Shown one piece after another: positions 51,306 to 64,000 of a stretch of DNA of 64,000 bases. Location of the stretch: the NCBI RefSeq assembly GCF_009914755.1, contig NC_060928.1; one strand, given 5' to 3'. Position 1 is the first letter of the stretch. The number at the start of each line of letters is the position of its first letter. The DNA is from the human T2T-CHM13v2.0 reference genome, Homo sapiens. A program made the translations under genes and the position numbers. The notes under the pieces were generated by a model. That model was not told the origin of the DNA, made no database searches, and worked only from the letters and a program-made list of their open reading frames with translations.

Positions 51306-51433
51306 TCTTTTTCCATGAACATGCTAAGTTTACTCTGGACACAAATTAACCCTCTTGTGTAGAAAGCTTTTTTCATAGTGCTCTGGTGTCTGAGCAGTAG
51401 CTACATTAAACTCCAGGTCTCCTTGACTTCTTC

Positions 51434-51565
51434 TTCTTTTTTTCCCCGTAGAGAAAGGATCTCGCTATGTTGCCCAGGCTGGTCTCAAACTCTTGGTCTC
51501 AAGTGATCTTCCCACCTTGGCTTCCCAAAGTACTGAATTGCAGGCGTGAGCCACTGTACAAGACC
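51434..51565 (-). mobile_element. FLAM_C Alu monomer
   Basis: Monomer with a 14-bp TSD tccttgac(t/c)tcttc (51420-51433, 51566-51579). Confidence 0.93.
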
Positions 51566-51798
51566 TCCTTGACCTCTTCAGTCTGATTTGTTATACTTCT
51601 GTGTCAACCCCGCTAAAACTAAACTTTACACTAGCGGAGACTGCGCTCAACAGTTTCTCAAACAGTATTATAATTTTATTGTTGCTTGGTGAGAATTGAC
51701 CTTATCTTCCTTCTACTTAATTGCAAACTCTTTGAAGAAAAGAATGACATATCTTATTACTCACCACGGCTTTCATTAAAGTGCCAATAGCATAGTTA

Positions 51799-52094
<296 letters not shown>

Positions 52095-54204
52095 CTAAAA
52101 AGTAAGTTAAATCTTTTATTAGCTGAAGTTTCTCAAATTGTCACCTACCATGTGTTCTCTGTCTCTTTGTTCTAGACTACATGTAGATTTTTGTCTTTAT
52201 ACTGTTTTCCTCCCATTTCTCACATGTATGTTTTATCCAGAGGCACAATTAGCTCAATAAATAGACCTATTACCTTGGGGCAGGGGGAGGGTGCAGAGCT
52301 ACATGTGTTGGGACCATTGAGAAGAACTGGAACACCTAGGAAACATAAAGTAAAAGACCCCAGGATTAGCTTTTTTGGGTAAAAAAGAGTTTCAGGTTTT
52401 ATGCTTATGTTTTAAAGAGATGAGTAGAAATATTAGAAAAACGTACAAAGCTAAAATATATATTTCTATTGTGTGGGAGTGAACTCAGAAGATGAAGAGA
52501 AAAAGGAATATCTATTTTCCCATTAAATGTCAGTGAATCCTACTAAAAGGCAAATCATCCTATCAAATGGTTACTTCAAAGATTTCAATAATCCTGAATA
52601 AACTAGTATTGACTGAATATCAAAAGAATTTTGAGCCTTGACATAGATTAACTAAGACTTTCAGGAGACTTGAAGACTGATCTTTACTTAAACATTTTCC
52701 CTGAACATAACTGTAAGTGACGAAGTTTAGTAATTGGGGTTTAGAGGCAATTATTGCTATAAAAAGGTATTGTCAGTGGGAAAAGAAACTCTGGACAATG
52801 AAATAACGTCATTATTTCATGAGCTTATCTATGAACCTTCACAATATACATTGAGATCGGTCCAAATTTAATGTCAAAACCATATATTTATTTATATCAT
52901 TGTGGATTGTTTTTATATAAATTATAAATAAAATAAGAGGGTAAAAATAGAAATTTTCAAATCATGGGTCTTCTTTAGGTATATACAGAGTGAAAAGTCT
53001 ACTTTTCAGAACACATAAAATACTTATAAAATGGTTTAATCAGAGAGCTGTGGCTTTCTGTTGATTTTTATTTTTTCTCATGATGTATCACTTAAACATC
53101 ATCAATTGTATATATAATCCAACTTTTTAAACATATTACTACACGTTCTATATTATTACCATTTTCTTCGTAGGTAAGCCGCATCATTCTATTTTCCTGG
53201 GACTAGGTTTATTTTTAAAATTAACATCTCATGGTATCTTTATCATAACATTTGGGCCCATTTGCTTTTCTTCTACTTCTGTGGCTACATAGCAGATAAT
53301 TCAGGAAAAGGCAGAAAGAATAATAAATCTCTAAAAGGCATATTTGACCCAAATGTTAATGCTCAGATATTAATGATGACAACAACAAATATGTATACTT
53401 AGCCTTCCACCAATGGTATACAAACCTTTATATCAGATATTTTACAAATTATTTTGCTATGAACCAAACGTACATTGATATATTATTCTATAGAAATTAC
53501 TCATCTACCCATAAAGGGAATTTGTAAAAATTCTTATTCATTAGATTGTAAGGTGTGTTATGCTTTTTCAAGGGCATTATATTTTTATCTTCCTTGGAAC
53601 TGATAATGTAATTAAGCAATTTATCTGTTATTGATCCAGTTATTAATTATTATGCCACCCTTATATAAATATATTTCACCTAATACACTCATATATTTTA
53701 TAACATTTGACCAGGGAGGAAAATAGAAGGAAGCAGTTTATAAACTTGAAAGAAAGCCAAATAATAAAAGGGTTCATACAATACTTTTGTCTATGTATAT
53801 TTTTATTAAATTATAGAATGTACAGAAACATGGTCTGCTCTAAATTCTCCATGAGTTTATTGCATATTCTACATATGCAATCTTGCAACCCTATTGATTA
53901 CTGTACAAACTGAAAACGCTAAAACTATTAAAACGTTATCTAACTTTACTTCAGTGGCAGAATATTCCATGAGCCATGCATTTGTTAATGATAACTCATT
54001 ATCTTTAGTGTTAAAGTAAGATGGCTTCTTAGAAGGAATTTTGTCTGCTGATCCATAGTGAAAGCAAAATAAATATTTTTCTTTGTTTTAAAGTTGATTG
54101 CCTCTAGAGATTTATAATGACATGTCTAGAAGCCATCACTTCCTCTCCTGAGCCACAGTTTGCACTGTACTTGATTCAACATTTCACTAATTCCTTTACA
54201 TTAA

Positions 54205-54535
<331 letters not shown>

Positions 54536-54539
54536 TTTT

Positions 54540-54609
54540 TTTAAACATTTTTGATCTATGGTTGGTTGAATCTGTGGATGTGAAACCCACAAATACAGAG
54601 GGCCAACTG
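54540..54609. mobile_element. Tigger3/MER2-type terminal fragment
   Basis: 'gatctatggttggttgaatctgtggatgtgaaacccacaaatacagagggccaactg|ta'. Confidence 0.8.
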
Positions 54610-54661
54610 TACCTATTAATGTATTCTTCATTTTTTATTCATCTCTTAGCTGGGCTATGTC

Positions 54662-54970
54662 TTTTTTTTTTTTTTTTTTTTTCCTTTTACAGACAGGATC
54701 TCACTCTGTCATTCAGCTAGAGGTCAGTGGTGTGATCAGAGCTCACTGCAGCTTTGGACTCCTGGGCTCAAGTCATCCTCCTGCCTCAGCCTCCCAAGTA
54801 GCTGAGACTACAGGCTAGTGACACCACATCTAGCTGCTTTTTTATTTTTTGTAGAGACGGAGGTCTTCATATGTTGCTCAGGCTTGTCTCAAACTCCTGG
54901 CCTCAAGCAATCCTCCTGCCTAGGCCTCCCAAAGTGCTGGGATTATAGGTGTGAGCCACTTTTCTCTGCC
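54662..54970 (-). mobile_element. AluJ SINE
   Basis: J-type features 'gctcactgcagc', 'ctcctgggctcaag' and 'ctcctggcctcaagcaatcctcc'. Confidence 0.93.
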
Positions 54971-55999
54971 TTGAATTTTTTTTCAAGAAAAAAACATAGG
55001 TGGCTTTATTAGCTAATCTCTTCACAAATGAAGTTGATTGGGAACTAAAATTAATACGTTGCAAACATTTTCCAACCTTAAACTCCTTAAATGTCAGTCT
55101 TTAGATGTCTTCTACATTTAATGTCCCAAAGAAAAAGACTAGTTAGGTTTTCTTCGTGTTTTGGTAACCTATTTTGTATATTTTTTTAGCAGTTTTTCTT
55201 GGAGGTTTTGTTTGACTCAAAATGATCGAGAAAACATTCACTAGTATAGTAGGGTGGTGATTTCTTTTCAATAACTTTTCTTGGTGGACTCTGAATCCTT
55301 AATTTACAACTTCAGTCTTTCTTGTATTGTAATGTGTTTGAATACTTCCTCTGTTCAATTTTTCCAGGTTCTTTGGACATCATTGGGTTGCATTCTTCTA
55401 GTCACCTTCCTCTAGTCACAGTGGCTTGACCACACTAGATGTGGTATAATTTATTTTGGTTGAATTTTATAAAAAGCTGAGGTAAAAGCCATACAAATGC
55501 AGTAATAGGTGAGGAATAAATAAGTGAGAAGAACAGGTTGATACTGTAATTAAATTGTATTCTGAAAAAGAGAAAATAAGCTAAAACAATTTCTAAAGCA
55601 ACATGTAAGTCACTATCACAACAATCTTGCAAAGTAAACCTTGTCTCATATAATTTTTTCAATCTCCAAAGCATAATACTTGATGTCTGGAAACATATAC
55701 TATAAAATATTAAATTAGTCAATGCTGCAAATATATTTGAACCCTTACAGTGTTAAAAATCCCATGGAAATATGTGCCATGGATGTGAAATATTTAAGCC
55801 CCACAGGAGATTAAGGTGTAGTGGGAAAAGGTTAATGTGTAGCAGAGCATGATGAGGGAAACATAGAAATAACCATGAGTTAGGGGTAACAAGTTTCTTA
55901 GGTGAGTCATAGAGAAAGCTTTAAGGCTATTTAGAGATGGAATAGATTGTATCCCACCAAGAGAATGGAGAAAGGCTTTGTAATGGAGTGGTTATTACT

Positions 56000-56162
56000 A
56001 AAATTCTCTGTGCCTCAGTTCCCCATTTGTAAAATGAATATAATAATGGTACCTTCCTCAAACAGGGTCATAAGTGTTAAATTAACTGATAAACATAAAG
56101 GTTTTAGAGGAGCCCTTTGGCACATAGTATGCGCTCAACCAAAGTTAACTAACGTCATCATG
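56000..56162 (+). mobile_element. MIR SINE 3' half
   Basis: 'ctctgtgcctcagttccccatttgtaaaatg...tggcacatagtatgcgctcaa'. Confidence 0.9.
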
Positions 56163-56341
56163 ACTGCTACTAATAGTATTATTTGAGAAGGAACTTGACA
56201 GGTACAGTAGAATATTCTAGGTTTAGAGACAAGCATGGAAAAATAAAAGATTCAGAAAACCAAGTGTATTTTTAGAAACTGCAAAGAGCATAGTTTGAGT
56301 AGAACATAAACTGAGGGAATGTAAGAAAAAGTCTTGTTTGA

Positions 56342-56673
<332 letters not shown>

Positions 56674-56768
56674 AACAATGCAGGTTTTAAAAATTATGTT
56701 TATTTTAGGTTATCAGAGAACTGTGAATGTTTATATTCTTTGATTGAGGCCCTTCATTTCCTCTATTA

Positions 56769-56920
56769 CAGTGCTTCTCAAGCTTAAGTGTGCACACCCA
56801 TCACTAAGGGATCTGGTCAGATTCTGACTCAGGAAATCCTTGGTGAGGCCAGAAATTCTACATTTCTGACATCTTCCCAGATGATGTCTATGTTGCTGTT
56901 CGAAATGCCACCCTTTGAAC
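56769..56920. mobile_element. MER5A hAT-Charlie element
   Basis: 'cagtgcttctcaagctt...cagattctgactcag...catttctgacatcttcccagatgatgtctatgttgctg'. Confidence 0.8.
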
Positions 56921-57070
56921 CTGCTTACTTATTTGTCTATAAGTCCCCACTGAAATCGCTGTGAGCACAGACTCTATGTCTTGTTCATTATTGTATCTTT
57001 AGTGCCCAACACAGTGCTCAGCACACAGTAAGTGTTCAATAAATGTTTAGTGAATGACTTAATAAATGAC
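56921..57070 (+). mobile_element. L2 LINE 3' end
   Basis: 'tgtcttgttcattattgtatc...acacagtgctcagcacacagtaagtgttcaataaatgtttagtgaatga'. Confidence 0.88.
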
Positions 57071-57104
57071 TGGGACAATTAATACAAAACATAAAGGTAT
57101 AAAA

Positions 57105-57630
57105 TTTTTTTAAAAATTTTATTTGTATAATCTTAAAGGGTACAAGTGTAGTTTTGTTACATGGATCTGTTGGATAGTGTTGAAGTCAGAGCTTTTAGTC
57201 TAACCATCACCCAAATAAAGTACAATGTACATATTAAGTAATTTTTCATTGTCCATCCCCCTCCCACCCACCCACCATTCCAAGTCTCCAATGTCTTTCA
57301 TTCCACACTCTATGCCCATGTGTACAGATTATTTAGCTCCCACTTATAACTGAGGATATGCAGGACTTGATTTTCTGTTTCTGAGTTGTTTCACTTGAGA
57401 TAATGGCCTCCGGTTCCATCCATGTTGCTGCAAATGCATGATTTCATTCTTCTTTACGGTGAAAAGTATTCCATTGTGTATATATGCCACATTTTTCTTA
57501 TCGGATCATCTGTTAATGGACACAGGTTGATTCCATATCTTTGCTACTGTGAACGGTGCTGCGATACACATACAAGTGCAGGTATCTTTTTTATACCATT
57601 GTGTCAATTTCTTCTCCTTTGGGTAGTTAG
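57105..57630 (-). mobile_element. L1PB-type 3' end
   Basis: 'gggtacaagtgtagttttgttacatggat...ttagctcccacttata...gataatggcctcc..ttccatccatgttgctgcaaa'. Confidence 0.9.
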
Positions 57631-57730
57631 ATACAAGTGAAAGGGGAAATGATCAGTGGAATGTCTGTCCTGGGGATGAAGAAGTAGAAGATGATTGAGA
57701 ATATAGATAGTGTAGATTATGTTTGGCCAC

Positions 57731-58148
57731 TGTTGGGAGAAAAGCTGAGTGTTGGGAGAGAAACGGAGGCAAGGCTTGGAACATGTGCAGGGTCCAGGGT
57801 CTCAAACCCCTCATGGCCTCTGAAATGTGTCTAGACTTGCTGGCTCCTTGCTTCTAGCACTCCCATTATCTCAAGTAGCTATATGTTTCAAAGAAAATGC
57901 TAAACGGTCACAGCTGTAGCTCATTCACTTGATACACTGCTTCCTTTCAACCCCCACATCCTCACCACTGTTTCTTTGTTTGAGCACCAATAAATAGCAT
58001 GTGTGCCCAGAGCTCAGGGCCTTCACAGCCTCCATACTAGCATTGGCCCCCGGTCCCATTTTCTCTCTTAACTTGTCTTTTCTCATTCCTTTGACTCCAA
58101 CTGACTTTGTAGCCCCACGGCCTGGTATTGGGTCTGATCACCCCAACA
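57731..58148 (+). mobile_element. ERV-K class solo LTR (LTR14-like, HML-1)
   Basis: Inverted termini tgttggg...cccaaca, polyA signal aataaa near 57989 and a perfect TSD GCCAC (57726-57730, 58149-58153). Family name is recalled from the consensus. Confidence 0.8.
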
Positions 58149-59186
58149 GCCACAAAAAGGAAAAAAATACCAATGAAAATAATCTTTTTGTAGAAAAAGG
58201 GGAAAAATATATAAGGTAACTATGTTGAAACAGAAAGAAGAAAATAGAAGTCCCATTGAATGTTCTGTAACAGCACAAAAATTAAACTTTACAGATGCTT
58301 ACCACCTAGCCTCACCAGCAATGCAAACATGCTGAAACATCTTGAGTTTTGTGGAGTAACTTGAGGATGCTAATCTCAGCCTAGTCAATAAGCAGTGTTG
58401 AGATTTTGTTTTTAAAGTACAAATTCTTGAACACTCCAAATTTATGGAGTCCACTGATGGCTTTAGTTGAAGGCCCCTGGAATCACTATTTAAATAATTA
58501 TACAATCATCACACAGCCGATACTTAGCAGAGCAGAAACTCAAAGCTATTATAAATGAATATTTTAATTATTTTATATTTTGCCTCACTGTCTTAGAAAC
58601 AGTGTTTAGAATTTAACTAGTACTATTGCTAATACGCTATTGATGTGGTTCTATAAACTAAGTTTTCAAACCTCATAATATTAATCCAGGAAAAATTTAA
58701 GAATTACTTAGGGGGGGTTACTGGAACCAGAAATACTTTTTAAAAAGTTGATTCTAAAACTGATGGCTTTTGTTTGCATTTTCTTTACATATGAAGGCTG
58801 ATCTTTGTTCATTGCTCACAAAAAAGTATAATTTATGCACCTCGTAAGGTATTTTGAACAGTGAAAGCCCATTTGATAGTGGAAAGGATACTGTATTCAA
58901 ACAAATGATTTGTCTTGTTAGAATAATATCTCAATTGCATAAAACTACCCTAATATTTGAACTTAAATCCTCCTAAATTTAGAGACAGTGACCTAATCAA
59001 TGTCTGTTTCCTTAACCGAGGGTGACAGTGATAGTCCTACATTGATACATTCCTAGTTCTGAAGGTATTTCATGGTATTTCTAGTAGTGCTTAAAATAAT
59101 CTTGGAAGAAAATAGATTGTGAAAAATCATATATTTCCTGTTGATTTAGTTGAACTAACAAATTTCTCTTTTGAAGAAAATGCCAT

Positions 59187-59514
59187 GGCCAGGCGTGGTG
59201 GCTTACACCTGCCTGTAATTTACCCAGCACTTTGGGAGGCCGAGGCGGGTGGAAGACTTCAGGTCAGAGAGTTTGAGAACAGCCTGGCTGGCTAACATGG
59301 CAAAACCCCCTCTCTAGTGAAAATACAAAAATTAGCTGGGTATGGTGGCACACGCCTGTAATCCCAGCTGTGCATGCCTGTAATCCCAGCTACTCAAAAG
59401 GCTGAGGCAGGAGAATCGCTTGAGGCCTAAGACAGAGGTTGCAGTGAGGCCAGATCGTGCCACTGCACTCCAGCCTGGGTGACAGAGGGAGACTTCATCT
59501 CAAAAAATAAAAAA
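59187..59514 (+). mobile_element. AluS (Sx/Sz-like) with several small internal duplications
   Basis: Full dimer with A tail. Confidence 0.95.
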
Positions 59515-60695
59515 TTCAGGATAATATTTAGATACTGGCTCAATTAAAATGTTTTAAAGAAGAGGAATTGAGAAATAGTGTAGGCTGTAAAATTAAAAGT
59601 TACAATGTTTGAATTAATTGATTAATGTTTTATCTTTTTAGCTTTTCCCACAAAAGGAAGCGTAATTTCTTAAAACACAGATGTTATATCAGATTAGTTG
59701 TGTTTTTCTTTTTTGCTTCGGTGAAAGAACTAAATTAGTACTAAAATTTAAGATTCTTTTTTCATTACCAACATAAAACATTAGATTAAGAAAATATATT
59801 TAACTAAAAACACTGGCCTTGCCAATGGAGTTATCACTGTTGAAAATTTTCTTTTTCTGTTTTCTATTCTTTATATCAAAAATTCATCAATTTTTACTAT
59901 GTATTACTTAACGAGAATATTTTTAAATTGTGAATACTGCTATTTCTGATATTTCATTAAGAGCTTTCATATTGCATCAGAAAGAATATAATTTTGTATT
60001 AGAACCTGTTTCTGATGTGTCATTTTATTTCAGAGTGACTGTTCAAATTTAACTCCATGGAATTCAGTTCAGAAAGTAGCTAATTTAAAAAAAAATTCAA
60101 TTACTACAAGTATAAAAATACGTTTACAAGAATCAGTAAATTCTGATTCTGCTGAGAGTAAAGAAAAAAATAGAAAAAGAAATCCCAATAAGACAAAAAA
60201 TAAAAATAACAAAGGAATGAGAAAAAAAAAAGAATCAGTAGAGTCAATGATAGGTCATTTTAATTGAAGCAATAAATTATTCAACTTTAGTCTTGTTATC
60301 ACCGAATGTTTCATAAAAATCATACAATTGCTGTCATTTACATTTTTTAGGCAAATATTTCGTTGCCAAACTTCCTGTTCACGTTATTTAAATATTTTAT
60401 TTGAATTTGTTGAGTGCTATTTTGGGTTCAGTTTTTCCAAGGAGAATTACTTGAATTATTAGTGAGGTGATCCATGTTGACAATCCACCTTAAAATATAT
60501 TTAATGTATTATATGATAGCAATCATTTAATTAATATTTAGTTTTTTTTTCATTATATCCTCTGCACGCTCAGCAACTTCGATTGATAATACACAAGACC
60601 AGGTTTTAACCCACTGTCAATGTTTTCTTAATATAAGGAGACTAGTAATGAGTGGTAATGTTTTCATTATTGTTTAGTGAAAGATTTTCAATCAT

Positions 60696-61083
60696 TGCAT
60701 TAGTTTACTAGGGCCATAACAAAATACCACAGATTGGGTGGTTTAAACAGCAGAAATGTATTTTCTCACAGTTTTTCTGGAGGATAGACTTCCAAGATCA
60801 AGGTATTGGCAAGTTTGTTTTCTTTTGAGACCTCACTCCCTGGCTTGCAGATGGCCATGTTCTCATATGGGCTTTCCCCTGAGTATGAACCTGTCTGTGT
60901 CCTAATCTCTTCTTGTAAGGACAACAGTCATATTGCGTTAGGGCACACCCATCTGGCCTTATTTACCTTAATACCTCTTTATAGGCCCTGTCTCTAAATA
61001 CAATCACATTCTTAGGTCTTGGGTTTAGATCTTCAACATATGGATTTGCATGTGAGAGGCGAGGAGCAAGTCAGTCCATCACA
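60696..61083 (-). mobile_element. MLT1A0/B MaLR solo LTR
   Basis: TG...CA termini and a perfect TSD ATCAT (60691-60695, 61084-61088). Confidence 0.92.
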
Positions 61084-62054
61084 ATCATTCATAAGAGAGT
61101 CTAGTCTTCTACTTCTAAAAGATTTACAAAATCAAACAACCTTTATATGCCCAAGTGGTATTGATTTAATGGTTTTGATAGTGCCAGCAGATGATTCTGA
61201 AAAGGCTTTTCCAATTTTGCAAAAACAACCTGAGCATATTGTATAAGGCTACTCATTGAATCTTATCTGGTATTAATGGCTGTATTTCTTCCATGACAGT
61301 AGAATTAAAGGGCACATATCCAATCTTTAAGGGAACAGAGTGTTGAGACTACGGCTAAATGAGATTTAAGTTGCTAAGTAGAATAACATGAAAAAATAAA
61401 GCATTTACAATTTAATTTAAAATTAGCATTGCTTTACGTGTTAATAGGTAATTATTTCTCTTTTAGTGGTACCATTTAGATCTGTTCCATTTTTAAAGAA
61501 AATTCTATTTCATAAGCCCCTTTGCTCTTTCTCTTCTTTAACAAGTTATAGTTCTAGAAAAGGAGAAATTATTTTGAAAATTGTATATTTTAGTTATTAC
61601 AGTAATGTTTCAGGTTGATATACATACAAATGTTCTTTTTTTTTAACCCCATGTTTTTGTTTTCTTGGAGAAAACTAGTTTTTTTGAGGGAATTGAGAAA
61701 GAACTGCCTAACAATAACACTGAGGTTCTAGTAATAAAAACTGGAGTTGATTTAATAATTTTTAAAATTTGTTTTTAATTAAAGAAGGAGCATAATTTCC
61801 ACTGTGCTTGATTACAATGCTACTAAAAATTGTGGTCTGAAGTTTATCCTGCCCCTGAAATTTGTGCAGGTCAGCTTAGCAACAAGAGAAGTACAGGAAT
61901 TGAGAGTGAAGAGGAAACATTGAGTGCCGTTATAACACTTGAATAGGTTAATATTGTCTGTCATTTCTAAGGGTAAAAATTTGCCGAACTGTATTTTGAA
62001 TTCTTTGTTTTAATGTTATTTTGCAGGCAATATTCTTTGGATTTCACAAAATTG

Positions 62055-62098
62055 CAGATTTACAAAGCAATACAGATTTACAAAGCAATACAAATTTA
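62055..62098. repeat. 18-bp tandem duplication (about 2.4 copies)
   Basis: cagatttacaaagcaata twice, then caaattta. Confidence 0.9.
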
Positions 62099-62164
62099 AA
62101 ATGAAGCAAAACAAAACAAAAAATATGACCTTCAACACTGAGCATGTGAGCAGCACTGATCTAT

Positions 62165-62335
62165 GGAGTAGGGGCAAGAGCTCTAGATGTGATTCTGGCT
62201 GACCTTGGTTGGAGCCTGCCTCTGTCACTTAAAAGCTATTGGGACTTTGGGGAAATTACTTACAATTTCTGAGCTTTGGGCAAATTACTTACAATTGCTC
62301 AGCTTTCAAATGATGATCATAACAAAATATTGGCA
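62165..62335 (+). mobile_element. MIR fragment with an internal 29-bp duplication
   Basis: 'ctttgg(g/c)..aaattacttacaatt.ct.ag' at 62245-62273 and 62274-62302. Confidence 0.7.
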
Positions 62336-62366
62336 TTTTGTCTCATACAGCACATTGGATCTAAAC

Positions 62367-62595
62367 CAGGGCATTTCTGTCTCAGCACTGTTGATATTTT
62401 TGGACAGATATTTCTTTAACACCCGTGTTAACAAGAGCTTGTGCGGGGCATGGTGGGATATTCAGCAGTGTGCCTAGTTTTGATCCACTAGATGTCAGTA
62501 AGCATCCCTTGAATCTTGACAATTGAGATGGCTCCAGACATTGCCAAATGTCCTGAAGGGGGTGGGGATAAATTGTTCCTCGTTGAAAACCACTG
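62367..62595 (+). mobile_element. MER20 hAT-Charlie element
   Basis: 'ctcagcactgttgatattttggacagat...ccactagatgtcagta...ctccagacattgccaaatgtcc...gttgaaaaccactg'; degenerate 8-bp TSD atctaaac/ttctaatc. Confidence 0.9.
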
Positions 62596-62839
62596 TTCTA
62601 ATCTCACCACATAAGGAAAAACCTCACATATGGTTAAGTAAACTTTCATAAAATTTTAAGAAATGTTGACATTGTTAACAAAGCCAACATACTGTATCTT
62701 AATAATTCCAACAGTCATTTTTTCTTGTAGCATTAATTTGATGGATTACATGTTCTCTTTCCTTTATAATTTTAAAAACATTTTAATTGCTGTGTTTTTA
62801 ATATATGTATGATATGAAATGTTGGCTTACATTTATTGG

Positions 62840-63050
62840 CATGTTATATATATACATATGCATAAATACACATTCATGTATGTATATATGTATACATATA
62901 CCCACATACATTTGTACACAAATACCAATTCATATACCTAAAAACACCTACCGATATATTATTGTATACATAGAGTAGTATATTATAATCACATATCTCT
63001 ATCACTTAAAATATAATCACATATAAAACACATATGTTACATAATATATG
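62840..63050. repeat. TA/CA-rich low-complexity region
   Basis: Directly visible. Confidence 0.7.
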
Positions 63051-63104
63051 ATTTGCTGAGGAAACAATAGATTCACTTTTCTAATCACATTTTTACTGTA
63101 GAGT

Positions 63105-63410
63105 TGTAGTATTCAACGCAGTAGCCACTAACCACATGTTTGGTACTTAAAATGTCTCTAGTTTGAATTGAAATGTGTTGTATATATAAAATAGACAGTG
63201 GATTTTGAAGACTTAGTAAAAAAAGTAAACTGAGTCAGTTTTATATCAGTTACAAAGTGAAATAACATCTGGGTTACTTGGAGTAAATAAGATATATAAT
63301 TAATTTTACCTATTCTCTTTTGCCTCTGTTAATGTGACTATCTGAAAATGTAAGATTACATATGTGTTCTGTGTCGGTATCTAACATTATATTTGTATTG
63401 GACAGCACTA
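63105..63410. mobile_element. MER33-like hAT-Charlie element
   Basis: 'gtagccactaaccacatgt...ggattttgaagacttagta...cattatatttgtattggacagcacta'. Confidence 0.85.
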
Positions 63411-64000
63411 CTGTACAATTTATACTCTGATTAAAATGTTGACCTTTCATATAATCTATTTTGCTGTAATTTTTTTCTCTTTTTTCTTTTGAATTCTTTA
63501 CAATAATATGTAATAAGTTATGTTAAAGGCATATGTCGCAATACTTTCTCTCAGGGTGAGATTTATTTAAATCAATATGTTCATGATACCTACAAATAAT
63601 AAAATATTAGTAAATATTCATTTCTATTATCATTATTGTTACTATTGTTGCTGTTATGTGTTTAGAAGTTTAGTTTCTCAGTACTTAAACCAGGGAAGGA
63701 AAAAGGAGAAAAACATTTTGAGTTCAAATTCTTCTCGTAGTTCACATTTATAAGCCAGCTGTTAATATTTTACATTTCTAAATAAGATGAGAATTGATGA
63801 CCTGAATACAGGCTCTTTGAGTACACCGTTCTCCATTAATTTTTATGCCCCTTAATCTCATCTTTTTAGCCCCACAGCGTTCATATGGAGGTACTCAGTA
63901 CATTTTTATTGAGTGTTTTCTGTTGTCTTCAGAAAAAATATGAAATTAAAATATTGATTATATCTTCTGAAGTTTTGATTAATTTATTTAATCAATTTGT

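Noticed and set aside
52798-52820. Inverted repeat atgaaataa-cgtca-ttatttcat
   Set aside because: A 9-bp AT-rich stem is expected by chance in 64 kb.
58290-58505. Minus-strand exon ending at gtg|gtaagc (ORF 58299-58505)
   Set aside because: There is no convincing upstream acceptor and the peptide resembles nothing I recognise.

Overview
This is primate, very likely human or great-ape, non-coding DNA. It is AT-rich and CpG-poor, with no CpG island, and looks like a gene desert or a very long intron. I find no supportable protein-coding gene, RNA gene or CRISPR-like array. The six-frame ORFs are chance ORFs or translations of repeats such as Alu, L1, MaLR LTRs and Tigger1. The window is mostly layered transposable-element fossils: a near full-length Tigger1 carrying an MST solo LTR; THE1, MLT1, LTR16, LTR47-like, MER67-like and LTR14-like solo LTRs; an internally deleted L1PA15/16-like element nested in an older L1M; a decayed two-LTR ERV-L provirus; a probable two-LTR MLT1 element; about a dozen Alu/FLAM copies; MIR, L2 and L3 fragments; and several DNA-transposon MITEs. 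I do not see a new biological system. The best leads are a few unusual insertion junctions, a candidate recursive-splice motif and some regulatory-motif candidates. Subfamily names come from my memory of consensus sequences and need RepeatMasker/Dfam confirmation. Boundaries without a stated target-site duplication (TSD) are approximate.
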